Shown: in pieces, positions 54,327-63,722 of the stretch
How the letters are laid out: each line of letters opens with the position of its first letter
Numbering within the stretch: the stretch's first letter is position 1
Made by a program: the position numbers and the translations under genes
DNA from: Halobacteriovoraceae bacterium
GTDB taxonomy: Bacteria > Bdellovibrionota > Bacteriovoracia > Bacteriovoracales > Bacteriovoracaceae
Assembly: GCA_963719505.1 (NCBI GenBank)
Contig: CAVRCF010000004.1
Coordinates: 1 to 64,000, forward strand
Direction: 5' to 3'
Length of the DNA stretch: 64,000 nucleotides
The notes under the pieces: model-generated
Seen by the model: the letters and a program-made list of their open reading frames with translations, nothing else
Told to the model about the DNA's origin: nothing
The model's database searches: none

Positions 54327-54327
54327 A

Positions 54328-54723
54328 CTAGTAGGTTTTATGACCCTTTTTCCAGTCAACATTCATTGCGTTTAATGTCTCTTTGTCCAAAACACCAGTT
54401 ACATCGAGCTTTTTTTCAATCTGATATGCCTTAACAGCTTGTTTCGTTTCAAATCCAACAATGCCGTCTGGATTAGACTTTAAAAAACCTTGGCTCTTTA
54501 AAAGCTTTTGTGCATCTCTTACTGAAGATTTACTAACAGTGGCTTTTGGTTTTCTTGTATAGGCAGTGGGATTAAAGTCTTCGCCCATCTGAGCGACCTT
54601 GGGTGAGTTCATTACCGCAGAATTCATGTGAGAAGACTCAGTCTCCATACTGGCCAAACACAATCCGCTTGTGATCAAAATAATAATTGTAAGCTTTAAA
54701 GGTATTCCATTAAAAAATTTCAT
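54328..54723 (-). CDS. Secreted peptidoglycan-binding domain protein (PG_binding_1)
   Basis: VRDAQKLLK..G...DGIVG.ET..AVKAYQ...L.VTG.LD..T. Confidence 0.9.
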   Translation of the reverse strand: MKFFNGIPLKLTIIILITSGLCLASMETESSHMNSAVMNSPKVAQMGEDFNPTAYTRKPKATVSKSSVRDAQKLLKSQGFLKSNPDGIVGFETKQAVKAYQIEKKLDVTGVLDKETLNAMNVDWKKGHKTY

Positions 54724-54738
54724 TTGTTTTCTCCAGTT

Positions 54739-55104
54739 TTATTGAATCTTCTCAAGTCCATTTGAGAAAATGTTAAGGTACGAGTTTAGTTGCTTTCGAA
54801 TCTCCATTATGTCCGACTCCATAGCAACGAGCTTCTCTTTCGTTTTCTGAGGAGCTGCATGAGGCAATGAAGTGAAAATTGTGTCTATCCTGTCAACTCG
54901 ACTTCGAAAAGTTGAGACAACTGAGTGGTAAAAAGCATGAGCAGGAGTTCTATTATTGTTTATATAGGTCTCTAAAATATCTAAGCAGCTATCAATCTCG
55001 TCAACTCTAAGTTCGAGGAATTGTTCCTTCTTACTATTGAGTTCAATTAAATCATGCGAATTTATTTTTGATTTTTTATGTGTTGTACTAAACAGATTTT
55101 TCAT
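54739..55104 (-). CDS. Hypothetical helical protein (paralog of 55888-56256)
   Basis: AAGGAG RBS; amphipathic helices. Confidence 0.7.
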   Translation of the reverse strand: MKNLFSTTHKKSKINSHDLIELNSKKEQFLELRVDEIDSCLDILETYINNNRTPAHAFYHSVVSTFRSRVDRIDTIFTSLPHAAPQKTKEKLVAMESDIMEIRKQLNSYLNIFSNGLEKIQ

Positions 55105-55193
55105 AAAACTCCTTTCTATAAAATTTCTACTTTTATTTTATAAGGTAAAGAGTTTCAAAAGATCGAAGGTTTTTGAAGGCTTTGAGTATAAAA

Positions 55194-55886
55194 TTAAACA
55201 TTTCCCTTGGTTGTAGTAGGAAGGAACTTATATCCTCTGCCTCTAATAGTTTTTAAAATATTACTGTAGGGACCAAGCTTCTTTCTAAGTTTACTAATGT
55301 GTATGTCCACTGATCGAGTCGATATATCTGGATTGAGTCCCCATACATCTTTGAGAAGACTTTTTCGCTCTATAACTCTATATGGAGCTTTTGCAAGATA
55401 AACAAGAAGCTTATATTCAATAGGACTTAAGAGAATATCCTTAAACTCCTTTATCCCGTACTTGATGAAGGCTTTTTGGTTACTGATATTAATTTTAATT
55501 TCTTCCCAGCTTAGATTGTTTTCTTTGGACTTCGTCTTTGATATTTCTCTAACCTTTGCCTCGATACGAGCTTTTATCTCCAGTAAAGAGGTATCAGTGT
55601 GAATAAAGTCATCTGCAAATCCATTAAAACACTTTTCTAAAAATTCATCATTTTTTTGTGAACTCAGAATAATAAAATAAGTCGAAGGGTATAATTTCTT
55701 CATACGAGTAAGATATTCAAAAACCTCTCCGTTTTTGTTTAACGCACAGATGAGTATTTTATGCTCTGAAAATGATTCAAGAGAGGATATCTCTCTAAAA
55801 TTTACCTTTTGAATTTCTAGGTCAGAAACCTTAAACTGGTTTAAAATGTCCTTGGTCGTCTGACTTTCAATGATGAGAGCTTTCAT
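55194..55886 (-). CDS. OmpR/PhoB-family regulator with degenerate receiver domain
   Basis: C-terminal LSPIEYKLL, VWG, RSVDIHISKLRKKL, TIRGRGY; ATG at 55886 follows the upstream stop (ORF track start 55910). Confidence 0.88.
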   Translation of the reverse strand: MKALIIESQTTKDILNQFKVSDLEIQKVNFREISSLESFSEHKILICALNKNGEVFEYLTRMKKLYPSTYFIILSSQKNDEFLEKCFNGFADDFIHTDTSLLEIKARIEAKVREISKTKSKENNLSWEEIKINISNQKAFIKYGIKEFKDILLSPIEYKLLVYLAKAPYRVIERKSLLKDVWGLNPDISTRSVDIHISKLRKKLGPYSNILKTIRGRGYKFLPTTTKGNV

Positions 55887-55887
55887 A

Positions 55888-56256
55888 CTAATGGAACACT
55901 TTCTCTTCATTTATTTGATACGTTAAAATCTTGCAAGAAAGACTTAACAACTCTTCTTCAATCCTATCATAGGCTTTAGAAGCTTTTCTGGGGTGCGTTC
56001 CTTGAGATTGCTGATAAAGTTGTTCAACCTTCTCAAAAGCGCTAAACAGGGGATTGATAGTTTTTAGGTAGTCTTTTACTGAACTACTTTTTCTCGCTTT
56101 TACTATAGATGAAAACTCTTCAAGGTCACTTTCCATTTCCTCAATTTTACTCCTTATAAGAAACTCTCTGTCTTCATTTAGTTTTTCAATTTGGGCAACG
56201 GTCAACTGACTGTATTGGGTGAAAAAATTCTTGTTATTATTTTCAACTATGTTCAT
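55888..56256 (-). CDS. Hypothetical helical protein (paralog of 54739-55104)
   Basis: GGAG RBS; coupled to the regulator gene. Confidence 0.7.
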   Translation of the reverse strand: MNIVENNNKNFFTQYSQLTVAQIEKLNEDREFLIRSKIEEMESDLEEFSSIVKARKSSSVKDYLKTINPLFSAFEKVEQLYQQSQGTHPRKASKAYDRIEEELLSLSCKILTYQINEEKVFH

Positions 56257-56313
56257 CTTATTCTCCGTTTTAAAAGACGACCAGACCTTTAAGGCTGGCC
56301 GTCAAGGCTTATA

Positions 56314-56874
56314 TTACCTAGGAATGCTGTGGACGCCTTCTCGAAATTCCTCGATCATTTTGTCGAGAAATGGTTCAAGGTCTTCTGGGGTTCTTGAAGT
56401 GACAAGTCCTTTGTCTACAACAACTTCCCTGTCTACCCAGTTCGCCCCAGCATTTTTTAAATCTTTTTTAATAGAGCTAAAAGAGGTCATCGTTCTTCCA
56501 GCTACAGCCTCAGCGTTGATTAACACCATCGGACCGTGACAGATTGCCGCAACAGGCTTTTGCTTAGATTCTTTGAAAAAACCCTTAACAAAATTTACAG
56601 CTTTTTCATTGTCTCGTAGTTTATCGGGGTTTATAACGCCGCCAGGAATTAAAAGAGCATCGAAATCATCTGAATTGGCAGAATCGAGAGTCATATCTAC
56701 ATCTATCTCTTTTCCCAAATTTCCATCCTTCCATGATTTGATTGCTTTTCTATCTGGTGATACAATCACTGTATTAGCTCCAGCCTCTTTGAGGGCTTTG
56801 AGTGGAACTGTTAATTCACTTTCCTCAAAACCATCTGTGGCGAGAATTGCGATTTTTCTTTTGTCTAATTTCAT
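56314..56874 (-). CDS. pfpI: DJ-1/PfpI family (type 1 glutamine amidotransferase-like) protein
   Basis: DGFEESE, IPGG..NPDKLR, AAICHGP, VTSR.P.DL. Confidence 0.93.
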   Translation of the reverse strand: MKLDKRKIAILATDGFEESELTVPLKALKEAGANTVIVSPDRKAIKSWKDGNLGKEIDVDMTLDSANSDDFDALLIPGGVINPDKLRDNEKAVNFVKGFFKESKQKPVAAICHGPMVLINAEAVAGRTMTSFSSIKKDLKNAGANWVDREVVVDKGLVTSRTPEDLEPFLDKMIEEFREGVHSIPR

Positions 56875-56954
56875 AAAAACTCCTTTTTAAAATTCATCTT
56901 GTATACATAGTAGCTTCCGATAGCGCTTAGTTCATGATTTAAGGTTGATCAATC

Positions 56955-56972
56955 TGTGAATTTTGCTACACA
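56955..56972. promoter_or_regulatory. 18-bp motif (rc TGTGTAGCAAAATTCACA)
   Basis: Between divergent pfpI (81 bp) and the aarF-like gene. Confidence 0.55.
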
Positions 56973-57025
56973 AGAAATTTATATTTGAGTCTTTCCCTTT
57001 CAAGGATAAGTGGTATCCTTGTTCA

Positions 57026-58663
57026 ATGGAAGGTATAGAAAAAAGCAAAGTGTATCTCAAGCTCTCAAAGTATTTATTAAAGTACTCTGATTTCTCCTCT
57101 GGCATGCAAGATGTCGAGAGTAGTTCATTGGGAAAATCTACGAGTAGGACAGAGGATGCGAAAAATTTTGTCAAAGACATCGAAAGTCTAGGTCCCACAT
57201 TCATAAAACTTGGTCAAGTTTTGTCGACACGAAAAGAAATTCTACCGATAGAGTTTACATCAGAGTTATGTAAACTCCACAGTGATGTCGATCCAATCGA
57301 CTATTCAATCATTGAAGAAATTGTTGAAAATGAGCTCGGGGCAAAAATTAAGTCAGTCTTTCATTCCTTCGAAAAAGAGCCGCTCGCTGCAGCGTCTCTC
57401 GGTCAAGTCCATAGAGCTGTTCTTAAATCTGGACAGCAAGTCGTTGTAAAAATACAAAGGCCAAACATATATAAAAAGATTAAAGAAGATTTAGAACTTA
57501 TTTACAGCGTGGTTGGATACCTCGAGAAGTTTTCAGAAACCGTCAGGCGTTTTAACCCTAAGTCGATGATAGAAGAATTTGAGAGAACACTTCTTCAGGA
57601 GCTCGACTATAATGAGGAAGCCCACAATCTTGAGGTTATCTCAGCGAATTTAACTAAATTTAAGAAGATCGTTTTTCCTAAGGTTTATGAAAGCTATACA
57701 ACTCACAAAATTCTGACAATGGATTTCATTGATGGCAGAAAGTTTTCAAATATATCAAATATAGCTATGACGGAGTTAAATGGGAAAGAAATAGCACATG
57801 ATGTTTTCGAGGCTTACCTTAAACAAATTTTTGTCGATGGATTCTTTCATTCTGATCCCCATTTGGGCAACTTACTCTTTGTTGAGCCAGACAGTATCGG
57901 GATCCTCGACTTGGGAATGGTAACAAAGTTAGGACCTGAACTGAGAAGTGAGCTCCTCAGCCTCATCGTGGCCATAAGCGAGGGGAGAGGATATGAAGCC
58001 TCAGAGATAGCCTATAGACTTGTCTATCCGATTGAGTCTGTCACAGAGGACATGGATTTCTTTAAAAAAAGTTTATCTCGAATGGTAAAAGATGAGCATG
58101 GAAGGTCTGTTGAAAGAATTAAAGCGGGAACAATTTTATTTGAAGTCTGTAAGATTGCCTCAAGTGCTGGTTTATATTTTCCACCTGAATTAAGCTCCAT
58201 AGCCAGAACTTTAATGTATTTGGAAGAGTTGGGTTCTATTCTCGATCCTAGCTTTGATCCAAACGAAGCCGTAAGGGATCAATCAATTAAGCTTTTAAAA
58301 GATAACTTTAAGTCCGATCTAAGCTTGTCAGATGTTTTTTTAAGCTCGGTTGAGGCCAAGAGGATTGTCGAAAAAATTCCCTCAAATTTAAATAAAATTC
58401 TCGAAGACCTCGCAAATAAAAAATTTAAGATTAAGGTTGATGCCATTGATGAAGACAAAGTTATGGTCGGTATTCAAAAAATAGCCAATAGAATCACAAG
58501 TGGTTTGATATTGGCTGCTCTTATTATTGGAGCAGCGATGTTAATGAATATTAAAACGAACTTTATTCTTTTTGGGTATCCAGGATTTGCAATCATTTTG
58601 TTTTTGATTGCAACATTTGGAAGTTTAATTCTTCTTGTTAATATATTCTTTAGAGATGAATAA
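57026..58663 (+). CDS. AarF/ABC1/UbiB family atypical kinase
   Basis: LGPTFIKLGQ.LSTR, AAASLGQVH, VVVKIQRP, FFHSDPH.GN, LDLGM; C-terminal TMs; likely ATG 57026 (ORF track 56963). Confidence 0.92.
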   Translation: MEGIEKSKVYLKLSKYLLKYSDFSSGMQDVESSSLGKSTSRTEDAKNFVKDIESLGPTFIKLGQVLSTRKEILPIEFTSELCKLHSDVDPIDYSIIEEIVENELGAKIKSVFHSFEKEPLAAASLGQVHRAVLKSGQQVVVKIQRPNIYKKIKEDLELIYSVVGYLEKFSETVRRFNPKSMIEEFERTLLQELDYNEEAHNLEVISANLTKFKKIVFPKVYESYTTHKILTMDFIDGRKFSNISNIAMTELNGKEIAHDVFEAYLKQIFVDGFFHSDPHLGNLLFVEPDSIGILDLGMVTKLGPELRSELLSLIVAISEGRGYEASEIAYRLVYPIESVTEDMDFFKKSLSRMVKDEHGRSVERIKAGTILFEVCKIASSAGLYFPPELSSIARTLMYLEELGSILDPSFDPNEAVRDQSIKLLKDNFKSDLSLSDVFLSSVEAKRIVEKIPSNLNKILEDLANKKFKIKVDAIDEDKVMVGIQKIANRITSGLILAALIIGAAMLMNIKTNFILFGYPGFAIILFLIATFGSLILLVNIFFRDE

Positions 58664-61600
58664 TTAATCAATGAGTGGAATTGTAGTTGATCCTGATTGG
58701 TAGAAAAAGGGTTCTACAATTCCAAACAGTGTATCTCCGATAATTTCCATTTGTTCGATCTCAAATCGATCATTATTTCCTTGAAGAGTGTTGCTTTCTT
58801 TAATTTCGTCAATGTCTCCTGGAAAGGCACTCAGAGTGCTAAAGAGACGGACATCTCTTTTGTATTCTTTGTCTTTAGCAAAGGAGATCATGAATTTTGC
58901 TATATCATTTTTAAAATTTCTATCATAGAAAAACTTAGATATTCTTTTGAGATACCTGTCTTTTGTCTGTTGAATAGGACTTGCTATTAACTTGTCGTAA
59001 TTTCTTTTTGCTCTATTATAGCGACGCCTTAGTCCTTTAAATTTGCGGTGAAAGTCAGGATTTAGTTGAGTATTTTTACAGACATTCTCAACTTGTGGAA
59101 CTTTTCGATAGCGAGCGAAATTAATGCATAGTTTTTCTTGTGAAAATTTATTACTAAAGAATCTCTTTATAATATTCTTATCGAAGACGATATTGACATC
59201 AGCTGAAAAGGCACCCATATAAAATTTGACGTGCTCTACGCTAAAAGGAATAAGGTCCTCAGGAAGTAGGTCTCTATATTTGGTAAGGAACTTTTTCAAG
59301 TCCTCTCTTTTTGCTGCTTGCTGGTAGTATTTTAGGTCAATTGCGACATTTATATCTTTGTCATCGTCAATATAAGCTGTACTTGAAAGTTGATCTGTCG
59401 AGGTTTCTAAGTTTCTAAAACCAGCTGAGTTTGTTCTAAAAACAAAGTATCTATCAGTTAAGACGGTATTATCCCGGTTATTGAAATATTGCCTGAAAGC
59501 CCTATAGGTGATTCTATTATTTCCAAAAAGATAGAAGAAGTTAAAGAGTCGCCGAGATGTTCTGAGACGAGTCTGTCTTACGATACTTGGAGACTTACTA
59601 CATTTTTGGTTTATCTTTAAGCATTCTTTAAGTTCAGGTTCTAGTTTGTCAGTTTTAAAACTTACGATCTTATCTTCAAAATTAGCAGTTGACGTGCTCA
59701 CTCCAGCGATTGGAAAGCGTAATAAAAAATCAAATAGATTAAAACTCAGGTCAAAATCAAAGATTGATCCTTTGTTATATCGAAGACTTAGTTCTTTTCT
59801 CTTTTTTTGTTATAAGTGTTCTTCTGAAGTTTGCAGATGATCCAGCAAGTGTCACTGATGCGAAGGGAACCATCTGAAAAGGACGAACCCTTGCTCTTGC
59901 ACCAAGGCCAAAGTAGTGATTGATAAAAAGCTTTTCATCTTCCTCAAGTAGCTCGATTCCCTCATCAAAGTGTGGCAGGAAATTATTCTCATCGATCTTA
60001 AGTATTTGAGGTCTATTCACAAATGTCATAATATTATCGATTTCTCGAACCTTTATATACTCTTTCATGTAGTAGACTTTTCCACTTGCATTATTTTCTA
60101 CTAAGCTCGATAGGTTGATTCCCAAACTAGTTGTAAAATGATCGTCATGCTTTCCAATAAATATTCCAGCTCTGAAACACATCCACTTGCATAAGTTGTT
60201 TTGGAGAATCTGGATTTGGGTTATTGATGACATAACGAAGCGGAACTAGGCCTTGAACTCCAACCTGCATGGCATTTAAAAAACAGGTTCCACCACAGAG
60301 ACTGATAAGATTATTAGGCCTTATTCGAGATGTAAAAAATCCAAGACCTTGATTCGATATATAACTTCCTCGCAAAATGTGGTCATTAGCCAATGATAAT
60401 GCTCTTCTTTTCAAAACGTATGTGATTTTTTGGCGCATAAAACTTTGAGGAGAGTTAGCCCGAAAGTCCCTAAAGGCAGCTCCCCAATATCTTGGAAAGT
60501 TCTCTTGTGTTGAGTCATAAATTAAATTTTCTGGATCGTGAAGTTGGCCGTTATCAAATAGAGACTCATGGCCTTCGATTGTACCGTTAAACTCTTTTAA
60601 AAGTTTAATGGTAAATTCTTTGCCCTCGTCATCTAGAAAAGTATTATTCTCCATTCCTAATATTCTAACCAATTCATTTCTCTTCTTTGCAAAAAGGAGA
60701 GAGTAGTATTTGGCTATTATATCTGGATATCCACCAGAGACGAAGGCTTTGTATATCTGGCCGTTACTCAGTTGTGCTATCCTTCTTGTAATCCACTTAG
60801 CATCGTCAAAATTGAGAAGATGTTTTTGACCATACTTAAATATTCTCAAATAGTTAAATTCGATTAAATTAGGTGTAGCATTTTTTATAAGTTTAAAGTT
60901 ATAGAGGTTTGGGTAACCAGTTCCCAAAGAGGAGCCCATATCTGAATTAGAGAGCATCACTTTATACTGAGTTTTTCCGTTTTCAGTAAATGGGACGATC
61001 TTAACCTTTGTGTTATCATCTTTAATATCTGGATCCATGATTAATGCCATAAATAAATAAAGAGCTCTATGTTCTCGCTTTAAGCCTTTACCAATAGCCG
61101 TTCTATTAAAGAAACCAATATTAGAATCTGTCTCTATATTAGATTTTTGTTCAAGGGTCGCTCCACGAATCAAGATAAAGGGTCTACCTTTTTTATCTAT
61201 TCTTACATCGTTCAAGGCTGAATGGGCATTAAACGCTATACCATATTTAACATTAAGGTTTTGGATCAGCTTTTCCCTAACTTGCTCAAATGATTGATCA
61301 GGGAACTCTTTGTGCGAAATATAAAGCTTTATCTTTTTTTGAAAGTAAGTCGGGTCAACAGTGTAGCCAATGGAGTGTGCCAGAGTATTAACCACAGGCT
61401 CAACATTTGTCTCGCTTCCCCAAAGATGTTTTTTGACTTGTTCAAGCTCGTTAAATGTGTCGGATCCTTCTTGTTTGTTTGTAATGGGCTTTAACTTAAA
61501 CTTTTCTCCATTGATATAGATATCAAATTTTATCGTGTTTCCACCACTGAAATTATCACCTCTATACTCTGCTACTATCTCTTGGTTAGGGTCAACAATT

Positions 61601-62457
61601 TGTTGGGCTATCTTAGACCCTAACGCTTTTTCTAGTCTTGAAATTCCATCATTATTATATCCTATGGGACTATAGTTTGAGATAGAAGTTCTCGGCTTTC
61701 TCCAAATTCCACTATCATGAGGGTCCAGTGTGGAGATATCGAACCCACTGTTTTTCAAATTTTGAAGTTCGGTGTAAGAATAAAATATCTCTTTTGAATC
61801 CTTTGGTTTCAACAAATTGGACGCATGCCTATCGTGATTGCTTATAAAGTCTCTGCCAATAAGACTACGCAGCTGGCTTACTGTAGCCAAAATGCTTGTC
61901 CCAGAGGCTCTTTGTTCGTCTTCGGCTTTGACAGCTTGGGTGATCTCAATTGCAGTAAAAAAATATTCTAAGAAATCAATATTCTTTTTTTGATTCAATT
62001 CACTAGCTTTAATATCAAAGAAATTAATTTTAATTTTTTGAAAATTTTGAATAGCTAGAGAGAGGGCAATGTTAAATTCGTTTTTAGCCCACCATTTACT
62101 TTTGTGTTCAAGAAAACGTTTGTCAGTACAATCATGATAAGACTCAATCTCATCTTTAAATTTGTCCATACAAAGGGAGACAGCTGTAGACTTTCTAAAA
62201 CTCTTCAAGGCAGCAATTTCTAGGTTAATTTTATCGAGGTCTAGTTTGTTTGCTCTAAAGTAAGACTTTAAAATTTTTGAGGGGTTTCTTCTTTCAATGG
62301 AGTCTGTTTTGTATCTACCCGTGCTAAATCCCAAGAAAAATGGATCTTTCTCATCAAAGGTTATGAAGCCCGGAAGTATTTTGGTCTCTCTTACATCTCC
62401 CAGCATCGCACCGTAAGTGTTTAATACTATGAAGAAGATAAAAAGTGATTTTATCAT
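58664..62457 (-). CDS. ~1260-aa exported protein with atypical (HipA/PI4K-like) kinase-like domain, split by two frameshifts
   Basis: Three collinear ORFs (60145-62457, 59775-60233, 58664-59701) join if one base is removed at ~60176 and one in the T7 run 59802-59808. Motifs GGNTIKF..FKLK, E..VE, DIKDDN, SDMG. Confidence 0.7.
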
Positions 62458-62538
62458 TTTTTGTACCCACTCTTTGTCAATTTTTCTCTCTGGCAGGTTC
62501 TATAACGCGCAACTGTGATAAACAAACAATAAAGGGTT

Positions 62539-62556
62539 TGTGTGAATAAATTCACA
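62539..62556. promoter_or_regulatory. 18-bp motif TGTGTGAATAAATTCACA (also contains a perfect TGTGA-N6-TCACA)
   Basis: 82 bp upstream of the giant gene start. Confidence 0.55.
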
Positions 62557-62704
62557 CTTTTCATTAATATGATAAATTGTTGTAGGTAAAATGTTCATAC
62601 ATGGCCGATCTTAAAAGGAAATATATAGATTTTCTTTTCAAATAATCGGGCTAATGAGTGTTATCGCCATTGCGAAGATAGATCTCAAAAGAGCTTCTAT
62701 AAAG

Positions 62705-63583
62705 CTAAGGAGCTTTATAGAAACTTTCTTGGAAGTCGTAATATCTTTCTTGAAACATTTTCAAGTCGGATTGAATAAAGACTCTCAAGTCTTCGAAAAG
62801 TTGATCTCTATGGGTTAGGAATAAACCATGAGGTGCCTTCTCGTAATATCTTACCTCAGATAAAGGCAATAACTCCTTTAATTGAGCTGAAGTTGTTGGT
62901 AGTGGAACAATCTTATCACCAGTTCCGTGAATGATGAGAGTCGGCACTTTAATATGTTGTATATCTGGCCTAAAGTCCGTAAAGGCAAAGGCGTCAATAC
63001 ATCTTATTGTTGCCTCCGGTGAAGCTTGAAGGGCTAAAGACTTAGTCCACTCTAGAGACTCAGCGGAAACATCGTGATGAAGAGTATCGAGACCATAGAA
63101 GTTTTTAGCAAATTGTTTAAGAAATTTTGGGCGATCGTTGTCCAGTTCAATTTTCATATTTTCAAAGAGACTGAAATCGACACCAGTGGGGTTATCAGCA
63201 GTTTTTAAAATAAAAGGAACAACTGACGAGATAAAGACGGCAGCTTTGATTTTGTCGTCACCATGACGACTCAGGTAGCGTGCTACTTCGCCCCCTCCCA
63301 TGGAGAATCCCACCAAGGTTACATCTTCGAGCTGAAGCTTTTTAATGATCGAGTGAAGATCGTCTGCTAAGGTATCGTAGTTATAGCCGTAAAAGGGCTG
63401 TTCACTTTTTCCAAAACCTCTTCTGTCGTAAGAGATAACACGAAAACCTGCATGCACAAGCTTTCTTGCTTGATGTTCCCACATATCAGAACTCAAAGGC
63501 CATCCGTGAATTAAAACAATTGGTTCTCCCGATCCCCAGTCTTTGTAGTTTAAATGAATATTGTCTTTGGTTTTGATAAACAT
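62705..63583 (-). CDS. Alpha/beta hydrolase, non-heme chloroperoxidase/arylesterase type
   Basis: IHGWPLS..MWE, YDRRGFG.S, GFSMGGGEVARY, HGTGD..VP, APHG. Confidence 0.93.
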   Translation of the reverse strand: MFIKTKDNIHLNYKDWGSGEPIVLIHGWPLSSDMWEHQARKLVHAGFRVISYDRRGFGKSEQPFYGYNYDTLADDLHSIIKKLQLEDVTLVGFSMGGGEVARYLSRHGDDKIKAAVFISSVVPFILKTADNPTGVDFSLFENMKIELDNDRPKFLKQFAKNFYGLDTLHHDVSAESLEWTKSLALQASPEATIRCIDAFAFTDFRPDIQHIKVPTLIIHGTGDKIVPLPTTSAQLKELLPLSEVRYYEKAPHGLFLTHRDQLFEDLRVFIQSDLKMFQERYYDFQESFYKAP

Positions 63584-63667
63584 AGTATTCTCCTTGTCTT
63601 TCTTTTTATAGACACTTCTATTTTAATCCCTTATAGCTTTGAGAACAGATATCAAGTGTTGAAAGTT

Positions 63668-63685
63668 TGTGTAGAAAAATAGATA
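63668..63685. promoter_or_regulatory. 18-bp motif variant TGTGTAGAAAAATAGATA
   Basis: 85 bp upstream of the hydrolase, in the divergent region with yihY; right half is degenerate. Confidence 0.4.
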
Positions 63686-63722
63686 CTTCCCTTGAAAGAA
63701 TCTACAAAAATGAGAGTTAAGA

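Noticed and set aside
59802-59808. Phase variation or programmed frameshift at the T7 run
   Set aside because: The run is short and the assembly clearly has homopolymer errors, so sequencing error is the simpler explanation pending reads.
24589-61494. Short antisense or alternate-frame ORFs in the track (e.g. 24589, 29252, 34455, 38163, 44947, 49310, 56573, 58697, 61294)
   Set aside because: They lie within well-supported genes and show no motifs of their own; shadow ORFs.
62541-62556. Stand-alone CRP/FNR site
   Set aside because: It matches TGTGA-N6-TCACA perfectly, but it is also one register of the 18-bp motif, whose other copies do not fit CRP spacing. Kept only as an alternative reading.
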